The notes: a model not told the origin generated them from the sequence alone. Shown: positions 39,288 to 51,665, counted from the stretch's first letter. The stretch is DNA of 64,000 bases from an uncultured delta proteobacterium (GCA_963814585.1 CAWFDF010000014.1:32001-96000), one strand, 5' to 3'. Numbers and translations are program-made.

Positions 39288-39476
39288 CTACTTGGCCTTC
39301 AGCTTGTCGAGCTCGGCGTTCTGCGACGCGACCAGCTTCTCGAGCCGGCGGATGTCCTCGCGACGGGTGGCGAGCTCGGCCTCGAGCTGGACCTTCTCGT
39401 CCCTCAGCTTCAGGTACCCGTTCATCAACCCCTGAACCTGGGCCACCAGCCCGGTCAGGTCCTTGAGTTCCGTCAT
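39288..39476 (-). CDS. Small coiled-coil protein (ZapB-like appearance)
   Basis: 62-aa heptad-rich ORF with GAGGA RBS. Confidence 0.6.
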   Translation of the reverse strand: MTELKDLTGLVAQVQGLMNGYLKLRDEKVQLEAELATRREDIRRLEKLVASQNAELDKLKAK

Positions 39477-39667
39477 GGCGTGATCCTCTTCGGCAAGGAC
39501 GGCGTCCTCCCTGGAGGACGCCGTCGGAGTGGAGGCCCCCGGGACGCTTGGCCGGGGCGCGCGGGCGCGGAGACTCTCACGGCCGGGCCGCCCGAGGCAA
39601 GCGTTGCGCCTCCATCCACTCCATGCCACCTTCCGGCTGGTCCAGACACCGAACGAGGGCGCTCGAC

Positions 39668-40759
39668 ATGGGCAACAGGTTCCGTATCGCCATCAACACC
39701 GGAGGCGGCGACGCTCCCGGGCTCAACGCCGTCATCTACGCGGTCACCATGGCGGCCCACGGGCGCGGCTGGGAGGTCCACGGGATCCTGCAGGGGTACG
39801 CCGGGCTCTTCGACACCAGCAAGATCGTGCACCTCACGCCCGAGAAGGTGGCGGGGATCATGGACCACGGCGGGACCATCCTCGGCACCACCAACCGGGG
39901 CGATCCCTTCCGCCGTCCGCACGAGCGCCCCGACGGCACCGTCGAGTTCCGCGACGAGTCGGACAAGCTCCTCGAGAACTTCCGGCGGCTCGGCTTCGAC
40001 GTGCTGGTGGCGGTGGGCGGCGACGGCTCCCTCCACCTGGCGCACCGCCTCTCGCAGAAGGGGCTGAGCGTGGTCTGCGTGCCCAAGACCATCGACAACG
40101 ACCTGCCGCTGACGCAGCAGACCTTCGGCTTCGACACCGCGGTCAGCACCGCCACCGACGCCATCGACAAGCTCCACTCGACCGCGGAGGCCCACGAGCG
40201 GGTCATGGTGGTCGAGGTGATGGGGCGGTACGCGGGCTGGATCGCCCTCCACAGCGGCCTCTCGGGGGACGCCGACGTCATCCTCATCCCCGAGATCCCG
40301 TTCGACGTCGACAAGGTGTGCGACCGGATCATGGAGAACGAGGTCCGGGGCAAGCGCCACGGCATCGTCGTGGTGGCCGAGGGGGCCAAGGTGGGTGGCC
40401 AGCTGGTCACCAAGGAGAAGACCGACGAGCACCGCGAGGAGGTGGTGCTGGGCGGCGTGGCCGAGTGGGTGGCGAGGGAGATCAAGCGGCGCACCGGCAA
40501 GGAGACCCGCTCGCTGGTGCTGGGCCACCTGCAGCGCGGTGGTTCCCCGACCACCTGGGACCGCCTCCTGTCCCTCCGCTTCGGCGCGGCGGCGGTGCGC
40601 TTCATCGCCGAGGGGCAGCGCAACGTCATGGTGGCGTGGCAGCCGCCGGTCATGAAGGCGGTCCCGCTCGGCGACGTGATCGGCAGGACCAAGCTGGTCC
40701 CGATCGACTCCGACACCGTCCAGACCTGCCGCGACCTCGGCATCTCGCTGGGCGACTGA
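39668..40759 (+). CDS. pfkA: 6-phosphofructokinase, probably ATP-dependent
   Basis: TGGGDAPGLN, GGTILGT, GGDGS (Gly type), PKTIDND, EVMGR, LGHLQRGG. Confidence 0.95.
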   Translation: MGNRFRIAINTGGGDAPGLNAVIYAVTMAAHGRGWEVHGILQGYAGLFDTSKIVHLTPEKVAGIMDHGGTILGTTNRGDPFRRPHERPDGTVEFRDESDKLLENFRRLGFDVLVAVGGDGSLHLAHRLSQKGLSVVCVPKTIDNDLPLTQQTFGFDTAVSTATDAIDKLHSTAEAHERVMVVEVMGRYAGWIALHSGLSGDADVILIPEIPFDVDKVCDRIMENEVRGKRHGIVVVAEGAKVGGQLVTKEKTDEHREEVVLGGVAEWVAREIKRRTGKETRSLVLGHLQRGGSPTTWDRLLSLRFGAAAVRFIAEGQRNVMVAWQPPVMKAVPLGDVIGRTKLVPIDSDTVQTCRDLGISLGD

Positions 40760-40815
40760 CCGCACGCCGGCGCGGGCGACTGGTGCGGCGCCGTCCAGGC
40801 GCCTAACATCGACGC

Positions 40816-42321
40816 ATGCGGATCGCGAACGGCACCGTGGCCGCCATCCTGGCCGCGATCATGGGGTGCGCCACCAGCGTGGCCTTCGTCTGCCCGGCCC
40901 GGGGCGGCCCGGCCTGGCGCGACATCGGCAGCGATCACTTCGTCCTCCGCACCGACCTCGAGCTGGAGGAGGCCACTCGGCTCCTGGCGCGGCTCGAGCG
41001 GCTCCGCACCGCCGTGGTGTCCGCGCTGTTCGACGAGGTCCCGCCGTCGAGGAGCGGCGTCGAGGTGGTGGCCTTCCGGAGCGAGGCGACATACCGCGCC
41101 TTCGCGCCGCCGGGCGTCGACGCCTACTACCTCCGCTCCGCGGGGGGGCCGCCGCGGATCGTCCTGGCCGGAAGGCTCGACAGCCGCCAGCGGGCCATGC
41201 TGGCCCACGAGCTGACCCACCACTACCTCTCCAGCGTCTTCGTCCGGCAGCCGCGCTGGTTCTCCGAGGGGCTGTCGACCCTGATGGAGCCGGTGGGCGA
41301 TCAAGGGGACGGCCCGCTGATCACGGTCGGCCAGCCGCCAGCGGCCCGGCTGACGCGGCTGCGGAACCCCACCAGCCGCGTCACCACTCGCGAGCTGCTG
41401 GAGTGGGAGGGCGGGCCCACCCCCAAGCACCCGGCGCTCGACTACTACGGCGCCAGCTGGCTGCTGGTCCACTACCTCGCCTCCCGCTCGCCGGATCGCT
41501 TCGCCGACCTGCAGCGACGGCTGTCCCGAGGCGAGTCCCCGGACGCCGCGTGGCGAGGGGCCTTCCCGGACTGGGACCCCGCCAGGCCGCGCGCCCTGGA
41601 GGGGCTCGACCAGGCCCTCGAGGCCTACCTCTACGCCGAGGCCCAGACCCGCACCCGGCAGGTGCCGGAGACCTGGGACCAGGAGCCGCTGGTGCGCCTC
41701 ATCCCACCCGCCGAGGTCCACGCCATCCGCCTGGCCCTCTGGAACCTGGGACCGGACAAGGGGATCCCGGCGCTCCGGACCGAGGTCACCGAGGCCCTCA
41801 GCGAGGATCCCGACCACCCGCTCGCGCTGCAGCGGCAGGCGGCGCTGACGGGCGAGCCGCCCCTCCCGCTGGCCCGCCGGGCCGTGAGCAGCCATCCGGA
41901 CGACCCCCGCGCCTGGACCTTCCTGGCCGGCGCCCTGACCGGCGACGAGAACGCCGCCGAGCGGCTGCAGGCCTACCAGGCGGCGGCCCGGCTCGCCGAG
42001 GGCAACGCCGCCGCGCTGCACAACCTCTCGATCGAGCTTCTCTCGCAGGGTCGAAGCGGCCAGGCCCTGCCGGTGGCCCGGGAGGCGGTCCGGCTGGCGC
42101 CCTGGAGCCCCCCCCTGCTCGACGGCTACGCCGCGGTGCTGGCGGATCTCGGGCTCTGCGCGCAGGCCGTCGACGCCCAGCTGCGAGCGCTGGAGGTGCT
42201 TCCGGAGCGCTCCGGCGAGACGGTCGGCCAGGCGCTCAAGGACCGGCTCCAGCAGATCCGCGTCCAGTGCCGGATGGTGCCGTCCTCGCCGCCGTCCGGC
42301 GCGCCGCCTTCCGCAGGATGA
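40816..42321 (+). CDS. Exported gluzincin-like (DUF1570-like) metallopeptidase domain with TPR repeats
   Basis: Signal or lipoprotein N-terminus, HELTH...PRWFSEGL, YYGASWLLVHYL, C-terminal TPRs. Confidence 0.72.
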   Translation: MRIANGTVAAILAAIMGCATSVAFVCPARGGPAWRDIGSDHFVLRTDLELEEATRLLARLERLRTAVVSALFDEVPPSRSGVEVVAFRSEATYRAFAPPGVDAYYLRSAGGPPRIVLAGRLDSRQRAMLAHELTHHYLSSVFVRQPRWFSEGLSTLMEPVGDQGDGPLITVGQPPAARLTRLRNPTSRVTTRELLEWEGGPTPKHPALDYYGASWLLVHYLASRSPDRFADLQRRLSRGESPDAAWRGAFPDWDPARPRALEGLDQALEAYLYAEAQTRTRQVPETWDQEPLVRLIPPAEVHAIRLALWNLGPDKGIPALRTEVTEALSEDPDHPLALQRQAALTGEPPLPLARRAVSSHPDDPRAWTFLAGALTGDENAAERLQAYQAAARLAEGNAAALHNLSIELLSQGRSGQALPVAREAVRLAPWSPPLLDGYAAVLADLGLCAQAVDAQLRALEVLPERSGETVGQALKDRLQQIRVQCRMVPSSPPSGAPPSAG

Positions 42322-43261
42322 CCAGCCCCGACTTCAGGTCGCCGGGGAGCGGCGCCTCGAATCGCAGCGGCCTCCCGGTGCGCGGGTGGTCGAAGGCGAT
42401 CCGCCAGGCATGGAGGGCCTGCCGGCCGACGGCCGCGGCCGCCAGCCGGACGGGAGCGTCCGGGTCCAGCCTGGCCTCCCGCCGCCGCCCTCCGTAGGCC
42501 GCATCGGCCAGCAGGGGGTGGCCGGCCTCGGCGAGGTGGACGCGGATCTGGTGCGTCCGGCCGGTCTCCAGCGCCACCTCCAGGAGCGCCGCCGTCTCGC
42601 CGAACCGCTCCCGGACCTGCCAGCCGGTGATGGCCCGCCGGCCGCTGGCGACCCGGCCGGTGTAGCGGGTCCGGTCGCGGGGGTGACGGCCGTACGGGGT
42701 GTCGAGCCGGCCGGTGTCGGCCGGAGCGCCGTGGACCAGGGCGAGGTAGGTCTTCTCGACGGCGCGCGCCTTGAAGGCGGCCTGCAGCGCCACCAGCGAC
42801 GTCTCCCGCTTCGCCACCAGGAGGCACCCGGAGGTGTCCTTGTCGAGCCGGTGGACCAGCCCGAGCCGCCCGCCCCCCGGAGCTCCCTCACCGAGCCGGT
42901 GCAGCAGGGCGTTGACCACCGTGCCCGCCGGCGAGCCACGCGCCGGGTGGACCACCATGCCGGCCGCCTTGTCGAGGACCAGCAGGTCGTCGTCCTCGAA
43001 GAGCACGGCGAGCGGGAGGTCCTGCGCCACCAGACCGGACCGCTCGGGCGGGGGCAGCGACATCGCCACGGCCTCGCCACCGCGAACGCGGGCCGAGGAC
43101 CTCGCCTCCCGCCCTGCCAGGACCACCTGGCCGCCGGAGATGAGCCGCTGGGCCCGGGCCCGGGTGAGCTCGGGCCAGAGCCGGACCAGCGCGAGGTCGA
43201 GCCGGATCCCGTCCCACGCCGCGGGGATCACGCGCTCGCGCCGCTCGGGCACGGAGGGCAC
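42236..43261 (-). CDS. rluD: RluA/RluD-family pseudouridine synthase
   Basis: S4 domain (RLDLAL), KAAGMVVHP, VHRLDKDTSG, TGRTHQIRVH, RQALHA. Confidence 0.93.
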   Translation of the reverse strand: MPSVPERRERVIPAAWDGIRLDLALVRLWPELTRARAQRLISGGQVVLAGREARSSARVRGGEAVAMSLPPPERSGLVAQDLPLAVLFEDDDLLVLDKAAGMVVHPARGSPAGTVVNALLHRLGEGAPGGGRLGLVHRLDKDTSGCLLVAKRETSLVALQAAFKARAVEKTYLALVHGAPADTGRLDTPYGRHPRDRTRYTGRVASGRRAITGWQVRERFGETAALLEVALETGRTHQIRVHLAEAGHPLLADAAYGGRRREARLDPDAPVRLAAAAVGRQALHAWRIAFDHPRTGRPLRFEAPLPGDLKSGLVILRKAARRTAARTAPSGTGRGSAGAGP

Positions 43262-43265
43262 CCCG

Positions 43266-43532
43266 TCACCAGATCTTCGACCGGATGCGCCCCTTGGGCT
43301 TCAGGATCACGTCGACGACGGCGCGGTCGAAGAAGTTGGTGCGGGCGAGGACGTCGGCGGCGACGCGTGACTTGAACAGGTCGCGCCCCTCGGCCAGCTC
43401 GTCCTTGAGGACGTCGAAGAAGTTGTCCTGCTGGATCCCGCGGACGATCTTCTCCTCGTTGTAGAGGGAGATGTCCGAGCAGATGGCCCGGGCCAGCCGC
43501 ATCGCCTGCTCCGGAGCCTCGATGAGCGCCAT
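43266..43532 (-). CDS. Conserved small hypothetical protein
   Basis: 88 aa, AMRLARAICSDISLYNEEKI motif, strong codon bias. Confidence 0.8.
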   Translation of the reverse strand: MALIEAPEQAMRLARAICSDISLYNEEKIVRGIQQDNFFDVLKDELAEGRDLFKSRVAADVLARTNFFDRAVVDVILKPKGRIRSKIW

Positions 43533-43585
43533 GTGGGGGATGGTACGAGAGCTCGCCGGCCCGGTCAACGAACTCACCCGGATGG

Positions 43586-44476
43586 TCAGCTCGGGCGTCG
43601 AGGCTCGACCTCGGCCCGCGAGCCGGTCCGTTCCATGTAGGAGCGAGCCACCTTCTGGCCGTCGAGGCGCAGCTCGCGGGCCAGGCTCATGATGATGCCG
43701 CGCAGGTAGACGGCCGCCGGCAGGGCGTCGAGCTTCTCCCGCTCGATGTTCTCCAGGTGGTGGCGGGTGACCCGGGTGCGCTCGGCCAGCTGCTGCACGG
43801 TGAGCCCGCGCGACTCGCGAACCCGCCGCAGCATCTCTCCGGTCCAGGCGCCGCCCTCCGGCATCACCGGCTCGCTCGGGGCGGCCACCTCTCGCTCGAG
43901 GAGGATGGGGGCGACCGGCCTGACCAGGGCGATCGGGGGGGCCGGGGCGGCGGGCGGGCCGGATGGGATCGAGGCGGGCGGGGACGGCGGGGGTGCCTCG
44001 GGGCTGACACCCAGGGGCGCCGACCGCGGCGACGGCTGCGGCGCCGAGGGGGCCGGGGCGATCCCGGGCGGCGGTGCGAACGCCGCCGGGAGGCCGGGCG
44101 AGACGTGGCGGAGGTCCGGCGTGGCCGGCTCCGGCCCGGGAGGTGGCCAGGGCGCGGGCGTCCCCTGGGGGAGCGGGATCGCCTCCGACGGCGACCGGCG
44201 GGCGGGCTCCGGCTGGAGCGGCGGAATCGCGGGACGAACGCCAATCCTCTCGTCGTAGCGGGCGCGGGCACCCGGGTCGAGCAGGACGGCCCTGGCCTCC
44301 TCGATCCGGCTGGAGAGCAGCGCCGTCTCCTCCGGGGCCGCGAGCGTGTAGGTGGCCAGGGACCCCGGGCCGTAGGCCGCCGAGGCCCGGAGGCAGGCCC
44401 GCTCGATCTCCTCGGGCGGGGCGTCCACCGAGACCTCGATGATCTCGTAGAGGGTCTGGTCCGAGAGCCGCTTCAC
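43586..44476 (-). CDS. Degenerate J-domain, Pro-rich linker and RodZ-type HTH protein
   Basis: LYEIIEVS.DA..EEI...VLLDP..RARYD J-like region without HPD. C-terminal GEMLRRVRESRGLT...LENIE...YLRG HTH. Confidence 0.8.
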   Translation of the reverse strand: MKRLSDQTLYEIIEVSVDAPPEEIERACLRASAAYGPGSLATYTLAAPEETALLSSRIEEARAVLLDPGARARYDERIGVRPAIPPLQPEPARRSPSEAIPLPQGTPAPWPPPGPEPATPDLRHVSPGLPAAFAPPPGIAPAPSAPQPSPRSAPLGVSPEAPPPSPPASIPSGPPAAPAPPIALVRPVAPILLEREVAAPSEPVMPEGGAWTGEMLRRVRESRGLTVQQLAERTRVTRHHLENIEREKLDALPAAVYLRGIIMSLARELRLDGQKVARSYMERTGSRAEVEPRRPS

Positions 44477-45495
44477 GCCCGATCCGCCGCCTGCCCGCTG
44501 GCGTCCGCCGCCAGCAGCCGATCCGCGATCCGCTCGAAGGACTGGCTGGCCGCCACCTCCGGCCGATCGACCAGCAGGGGCCGCCGGTGCCTGACCGCGC
44601 GCCACATGTCGTCGTCGTAGTCGATGGCCCCGAGGTAGTCCATCTCCAGCCCGAAGTACTTGCGCCAGGCGGCGACCACGGCGTGGCCCATCTCGGCGTC
44701 CTGCCGGGAACGGACCTGGTTGACCACCAGCCGTGGACGGAAGGCGGCCAGCTGGCTGGCCAGGTTGGCGCCCGCCTCCGGATCCCGCTCCACCACCGAG
44801 GCCACCAGCTCGACCGGGCTGCGGAAGGTGGCGCCGTCCATGACGCCCCGCAGGAGCTCCTCGTAGCCGAAGACCTGCGCCACGTTCCTCAGCCTCCGCC
44901 AGAAGGCGGCCTTGACGAAGCGGTAGGCGTTCTCCACCGCGGTCGGCTCGGGGACCAGCACCAGGATGCCGTGATCCGAGACCAGGAAGAGATCGAGGAC
45001 GTTGGTGTGCGTGCCGGCGCCGAGGTCGAGGATGGCGTAGTCGACGTCGAGCGCCTGCACGTGGCGCAGCAAGCGCATCTTCTGGGCGTGCCTGGGGGTG
45101 GCGGCCTCGAGGCTGTCGAGCGCGCCGGAGACCAGTCCGAGGTTCTCGATCCCGGTCGGCGAGACCACCTCCTCCAGCCGCTCGACCTTGCGGTCGATGA
45201 AGTCGGAGAGGGTGCGCTGCGGCAGGTCGAGGCCGAGCGTGGTGTGGAGGTTGGCGCCGCCCAGGTCGGCGTCCACCAGGACCACCCGCCGGCCGCGGCG
45301 GGCCAGCGCGATGGCCAGGTTGGCGGAGATGAGGCTCTTGCCGATGCCCCCCTTGCCGCCGCCGACCGAGAGGATGCGCCGGGCGCGCGGGCCGGCGCGC
45401 CTCCCCTTGGCCGGCCCGCGTGGGGACGGAGCCGGGAGGGACTCCGCCGGCAGCTCGGCGGGCATGACCAGCTTGAGGATTGGCCCTTCACCCAT
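44473..45495 (-). CDS. MinD/FlhG/ParA-family P-loop ATPase
   Basis: GGKGGIGKS deviant Walker A, VDADLGGANL, DLGAG, PEPTAVENAY. Confidence 0.9.
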   Translation of the reverse strand: MGEGPILKLVMPAELPAESLPAPSPRGPAKGRRAGPRARRILSVGGGKGGIGKSLISANLAIALARRGRRVVLVDADLGGANLHTTLGLDLPQRTLSDFIDRKVERLEEVVSPTGIENLGLVSGALDSLEAATPRHAQKMRLLRHVQALDVDYAILDLGAGTHTNVLDLFLVSDHGILVLVPEPTAVENAYRFVKAAFWRRLRNVAQVFGYEELLRGVMDGATFRSPVELVASVVERDPEAGANLASQLAAFRPRLVVNQVRSRQDAEMGHAVVAAWRKYFGLEMDYLGAIDYDDDMWRAVRHRRPLLVDRPEVAASQSFERIADRLLAADASGQAADRA

Positions 45496-45573
45496 GACGC
45501 AGGAGTCTACGCCCAAGCCACGGGGGGTCCAAGATCCTGCCCCCCGCCCGCCCCGCGGGCGTCGCACCACCCC

Positions 45574-47808
45574 CTACCTCTGGACGCCCACCAGCGGGAG
45601 CACGGCGGCGGGCTCCTCCCACCCCGAGAGGAGCCGGTAGGAGGCGTCGGAGCGGAGGACCCGCTTCACGTACCCACGCGTCTCCTCGTACGGGATCTCC
45701 TCGATCCACTCGTCGAGCGCGGCATCGCGCCCGCCGGCGCGCCAGCGTCCCACCGACCCCTCTCCGGCGTTGTAGGCCGCCAGGGCCTGCGCCGGGGCTC
45801 CCCCGTACTGCCTGAGGAGCTGGCCGAGGTAGGCCGCGCCGATCCGGATCGAGGTCTCGGGATTGGTGAGGGCGGCCCGGTCGGGCGTGGCCAGGCCGAG
45901 ACGGCGCGCCACCTGCTGCGCCGTGGGCAGCATGAGCTGGGTCAGGCCGACGGCCCCCGCCGTCGAGACCGCCCCGGGGTCGAGGGCGCTCTCCTCGCGA
46001 ATCAGCGCCTGCAGCAGGGCCGGCGGGACCCCCGACGCCGCGGCATATTGGTTCACGTGACGCGCATAGGCCGGAGGATAGGCCAGCGCCCAGATGGCCC
46101 GTCCTGGACCCTCGGGTGAGCGGCGCAGCGCCGCCCTCGCCTCCACCCGCAGCAGCTGGTGGGCCTGGCGGTAGTCGCCGGCCCGCGACAGCAGCACGGC
46201 CAGCAGCAGCACCTGCGGCGAGGGCTCGCCTCGACCGAGCCCGAGCCGGTTCCGGTCGATGGCCAGCAGCTCCTCCCCGGCGTCGCGGTCCAGGCCGAGC
46301 CGGAGGAGCAGCAGGGCGGCACGGAAGTGCGGGTCGTCGCGGAGCGGTCCCGGATCGAGCGGCCACGGCGCCTCGGGCGCGGCCGGAAGCGGGCCTGGGA
46401 AGGCCAGGCCCCGCTTCCCCTCCAGCCGGGCTCGCGAGAGGAGCGCGTAGTAGTCGGCCGGCGCCGCCGCGGTGAGCCCTCGCCAGATGGACTCGGCGGC
46501 GGCTCGCCCCTCGGCGCCTCCGGTGGCGAGGAGCACGGCGCGCCAGTAGGCGGCCCGGGCGTGCTCGTAGGGATCGACCTCGCGCCGGCTCTCCTCGATG
46601 GCCAGCAGGGCCGAGATGGCCGCGGCGGTGTCGCCGTCACGGCGCGCCTGCCAGGCGAGCCGGAACCGGGCCTCGTCGACCTTGTCGCCGTCGGGGTGGC
46701 CCCGGACGACCTGCTGGAGCGCCTGCCTCGACTCCGCGTGGCGACCGGCCCCGGCCATCGAGTCGGCGGCGGCCACCAGCGCGTCGTCGGCCAGCGGGCT
46801 GGCCGGGTACTCCCTCGCGAAGCGCAGGTGGAGGGCGATGGCCTCGTCGCGCGAGCCCTGGGCCGCGACCGCGGTGGCGAGGACGTAGAGGGCCCGGGTC
46901 CGGATCGATGGCTCGGCGCATCGCCCGGCGACCGGCCGCAGCACCTCGGCCGAGCGGGCGTTCTGGCGATCCCGCCTCAGCGCCCGCCCGAGCGCCGCGT
47001 GGGCCCGGCAGGCCAGCGGCTGGTCGGGGGCCGGCGCCGGTCCGGCCCGGGCGATCGGATCCAGCAGGGCGATGACCTCGCCGTTCCGGCTCCGCTCCAC
47101 CAGCCCCTCGGCGCGGCGCACGGTCACGTCGAGGCCCGGATCGGCGCCGGCCTCCCCCGGGAGCCTCCTGACCTCCGCGATGCAGGCGGACGCCTCGGGC
47201 GCGATGGGGTGGTCGGCCCAGCAGCGCAGCAGCGCGGCGCGGGCGCCATCCGCATCCGGAGGCGCCGACGCGGCACGCAGCTGGCCGGCGAGCAGCAGCG
47301 CGGCGGCGGTCGGATCGGGGCGAGCCGGGTCGGCGGGCGGCGGCCGATCGAGCAGCGGCCCGAGCGCCGCGAGCGCCTCGGGGACCCGTCCCGCGGCGGC
47401 CAGGGCGCGGGCGCGGCCGACCCGGGCGTCGGCGTGCACCACCGAGGTGGGCGGGACGGCGCCGAAGGCGGCCGCCGCCTCGCCATGCCGGCCGAGCGCG
47501 GCGAGGCAGCGCCCCCGGGCGGCGTCGATCCGACCAGCGATCTCGGGGAGCCTCGCCGAGAGTCCGTCCAGGCTCCGGAGCGCGTCGGCGAAAGCTCCGG
47601 TCGCCTCCTCGGCGAGGGCCCGGAGCCACCTCGCCTCCGGCCGGGTGGCGCCTTCGAGCGCCGAGAGCCCCTCGGCCCCCCGCCCCTTCGAGAGCAGCCG
47701 GCCGGACTCGGCGGCGGCCCCCTGCAGCAGCGGCTCGAGATCCCGCTCGACGAGCAGGCCGGGCGAGGCAGCCAGCGCGAGCGGGAGGATGAGCGTGCCG
47801 AGGGACAT
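45574..47808 (-). CDS. slt: Soluble lytic transglycosylase with TPR repeats
   Basis: ALIREES, GAVGLTQLM, AAYNAG, IPYEETRGYVKRV. Signal peptide. Confidence 0.92.
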   Translation of the reverse strand: MSLGTLILPLALAASPGLLVERDLEPLLQGAAAESGRLLSKGRGAEGLSALEGATRPEARWLRALAEEATGAFADALRSLDGLSARLPEIAGRIDAARGRCLAALGRHGEAAAAFGAVPPTSVVHADARVGRARALAAAGRVPEALAALGPLLDRPPPADPARPDPTAAALLLAGQLRAASAPPDADGARAALLRCWADHPIAPEASACIAEVRRLPGEAGADPGLDVTVRRAEGLVERSRNGEVIALLDPIARAGPAPAPDQPLACRAHAALGRALRRDRQNARSAEVLRPVAGRCAEPSIRTRALYVLATAVAAQGSRDEAIALHLRFAREYPASPLADDALVAAADSMAGAGRHAESRQALQQVVRGHPDGDKVDEARFRLAWQARRDGDTAAAISALLAIEESRREVDPYEHARAAYWRAVLLATGGAEGRAAAESIWRGLTAAAPADYYALLSRARLEGKRGLAFPGPLPAAPEAPWPLDPGPLRDDPHFRAALLLLRLGLDRDAGEELLAIDRNRLGLGRGEPSPQVLLLAVLLSRAGDYRQAHQLLRVEARAALRRSPEGPGRAIWALAYPPAYARHVNQYAAASGVPPALLQALIREESALDPGAVSTAGAVGLTQLMLPTAQQVARRLGLATPDRAALTNPETSIRIGAAYLGQLLRQYGGAPAQALAAYNAGEGSVGRWRAGGRDAALDEWIEEIPYEETRGYVKRVLRSDASYRLLSGWEEPAAVLPLVGVQR

Positions 47809-47891
47809 GGGGCCAGGTGATCGTGCGACGGGTCGCCGGGCGGGTCAAGGTGGCGAGTGGCAGATGCCGGGAGGGAGTAAACTGCCGGCGC

Positions 47892-50132
47892 GTGGACATC
47901 CGGACCCAGGCCGCCCTGCTCGCCGCCATCGTGACGCTGGCGCTCGCCGTGGCGGCGCTGCTTCGCGACAACCGGTCGCGGGTCTTCACGCTCTTCGCCA
48001 TCCTCGCCATCGATCTCTCGCTCTACTCGCTGGCCGTCTGCTTCCTTCGCTGGCCCGAGTTCGGCTTCGCCGAGACCTGGTGGAACCGGCTCGCGGTCGC
48101 CTCCGGCGCGCTCATCCCCTCGGCGGCGCTCGCCTTCTACCTGGAGTTCCTCGGCGTCGGCCGCCGCCCGGCCCGGCGTGCCCGCAACGCCATGCTGGCC
48201 GGCTCGGTCGGCGGCCTGGTGGTGGCGGCCTCGCCGCTGGTCCACGCCAGGCTGGCCCTCTATGCCGTGGCCGCCTACGTGGTCTTCGGGCTGGCGGTGG
48301 TGGCCTCGGTGCTGCTCAACAGGCTCCGCTCCGCCGCCACGCGAGTCGAGCGGGCCCGGCTGAGCTACCTCTTCATCGGCGCCATGGTGGCGATGGTCTC
48401 CTCCAGCGCCGAGATGCTGCTGGCGCCCAGCGTCCACAACCCGGTGGACGGGCTCGGCTCCATCAGCCTCACCATCTACATGTTCTTCCTGTCGCAGACG
48501 CTGCAGCGCCACCGGCTCCTCGACCTCCACGAGTTCCTCGGGAAGATCGTGGTGGTCACCGCGCTCGGTCTGGTGCTGGTGCTGGTCTACGGCGGCCTGG
48601 TCTCCTGGGTGGGAGACCGGCGCGAGCTCTTCTACTTCAACACCGTGGTCGCCTCGTTCGTGATCCTCTCCCTCTTCGAGCCGCTGCGCCACCGGGTCGA
48701 GGAGTGGGTCGTGACCACGCTCTTCCACGAGCGGTACGAGCTGGTCCGGAGGCTGGAGCGGATCCGGGACAGGGCCGCCACCGTCATCGATCCGGCCGAG
48801 CTCGCGGTGACGGTGCTCGACGGCCTGGTCGAGACCCGGCGCGTCACCCACGCCTCCCTGTGGCTCCTCTCCGAGGACCGGCCCGGCTTCCGCCCGCTCG
48901 ACTCGCGCGGCCCGCCTCCGGTCCCCTTCCTCGAGCCGGCAGCGGCCCGGGCGCTCATGGCGGCGGTCGCGGCCGGGCAGCGGGCGGTGCTGCTGGAGAA
49001 CCTCGACCGGCGCATGGCCGAGCTGCAGCGCCTGCTCCCGGCCGGCCCGGCCGAGGCCGTGGCCCGCTCGGGCCGGCTGGCGCTGGCCGCCGTGGAGGCC
49101 GAGCTGAAGCGGCTCGGAGACGCGCGCGCCGTGATGGTCTCGATGAAGGCCGGCATCTGCATGCCGCTGGCCGCCGGCGACCGCCCGGTCGGGTTCTTCG
49201 CCTGCGGTGACGAGCGGGTCCCGGAAGCCTTCGCCTCGGACGAGATCGCGGCGCTGCTCGAGGTGGCCGATCGCTGCGCGCTGGTGATCGAGAACTCCAA
49301 GCTCTACCAGGAGATGAAGGAGCGCGACCGGCTCGCCGCCATCGGCGAGATGTCGGCCGGCCTCGCCCACGAGATCCGCAACCCGCTGGCCGCCATCAAG
49401 GGGGCCATCCAGTACCTCGACCCGTCCAGGCTGCCCGGCGAGGACCGCGAGTTCCTCGAGATCGTGGTGGACGAGGTGAACCGCCTCAACGGGGTGGTGA
49501 GCCAGTTCCTCGACTACTCGCGCCCGCTGAAGTCCGCGCTGTCCCCCACCGACATCAACGAGGTGGTCTCGCGCACCCTGAAGCTCCTCCAGAGCGCGGT
49601 GCCGCCCGGCATCGAGCTGGTGGCCGACCTGACCAGCGAGCTGCCGCTGGTCCTCTGCGACGCCGAGCAGCTGAGGCAGGTCTTCATCAACCTCGCCCAG
49701 AACGGGTTCCAGGCCATGCCCGACGGCGGCCGGCTCACCGTGACCACCACCGTGGTCCGCGACGAGCTGGCCTTCTGGCGCGAGGGAGCGCGCCGCCCCG
49801 ACCAGGTGGAGATCCGGTTCCGCGACTCCGGGCCGGGCATCCCGGAGGACGTGCGCGAGCGGATCTTCGTCCCCTTCTACACGACCAAGGAGAAGGGGAC
49901 CGGCCTGGGGCTGGCCATCTGCCTGCGGCTGGTGAGGGCCCACCACGGGACGCTGGTGATCAGGTCCCCGACCGGCGGCGGCGCCGAGTTCATCGTGTCC
50001 CTCCCGGCCTACCGTGACGAGCGGCCCGAGCACCAGCACGCCGCCAGCCCGGACGACCAGCAGGCCCGGCAGCGCCGCCGGGAGCGGGCCGAGACCCGGC
50101 TCCGCAAGCGCAAGCGCCGCCGGAGGTCCTAG
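47892..50132 (+). CDS. Membrane sensor histidine kinase (multi-TM, GAF, HisKA, HATPase)
   Basis: About 8 TM helices, GAF-like region, AHEIRNPL H-box, QVFINL..N, DSGPGI, GTGLGL. Confidence 0.93.
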   Translation: MDIRTQAALLAAIVTLALAVAALLRDNRSRVFTLFAILAIDLSLYSLAVCFLRWPEFGFAETWWNRLAVASGALIPSAALAFYLEFLGVGRRPARRARNAMLAGSVGGLVVAASPLVHARLALYAVAAYVVFGLAVVASVLLNRLRSAATRVERARLSYLFIGAMVAMVSSSAEMLLAPSVHNPVDGLGSISLTIYMFFLSQTLQRHRLLDLHEFLGKIVVVTALGLVLVLVYGGLVSWVGDRRELFYFNTVVASFVILSLFEPLRHRVEEWVVTTLFHERYELVRRLERIRDRAATVIDPAELAVTVLDGLVETRRVTHASLWLLSEDRPGFRPLDSRGPPPVPFLEPAAARALMAAVAAGQRAVLLENLDRRMAELQRLLPAGPAEAVARSGRLALAAVEAELKRLGDARAVMVSMKAGICMPLAAGDRPVGFFACGDERVPEAFASDEIAALLEVADRCALVIENSKLYQEMKERDRLAAIGEMSAGLAHEIRNPLAAIKGAIQYLDPSRLPGEDREFLEIVVDEVNRLNGVVSQFLDYSRPLKSALSPTDINEVVSRTLKLLQSAVPPGIELVADLTSELPLVLCDAEQLRQVFINLAQNGFQAMPDGGRLTVTTTVVRDELAFWREGARRPDQVEIRFRDSGPGIPEDVRERIFVPFYTTKEKGTGLGLAICLRLVRAHHGTLVIRSPTGGGAEFIVSLPAYRDERPEHQHAASPDDQQARQRRRERAETRLRKRKRRRRS

Positions 50133-50183
50133 TGCCGCGCCGCGGCCTGCCTTCGAGCGGCGATCCGTGCTACCACCTTCGGC

Positions 50184-51601
<1,418 letters not shown>

Positions 51602-51635
51602 CTCGGCCAGGCGCGCCGCCCCGGCCGCCTTCGCC

Positions 51636-51665
51636 TTGACCCGGCTCGGGCGCCGCTGCTAGCGT
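51636..51665 (+). promoter_or_regulatory. Candidate sigma70 promoter TTGACC-N18-TAGCGT with extended TG
   Basis: Boxes 25 nt upstream of ATG 51691. Confidence 0.5.

Noticed and set aside
42236..42321. 86-nt 3' overlap of rluD with the convergent peptidase gene
   Set aside because: Low-complexity tails and scarce stop codons at high GC explain it, and no function is evident.
43860..44240. Pro-rich repetitive DNA (also 5815-5950)
   Set aside because: Encodes ordinary low-complexity protein linkers, not a DNA repeat element.
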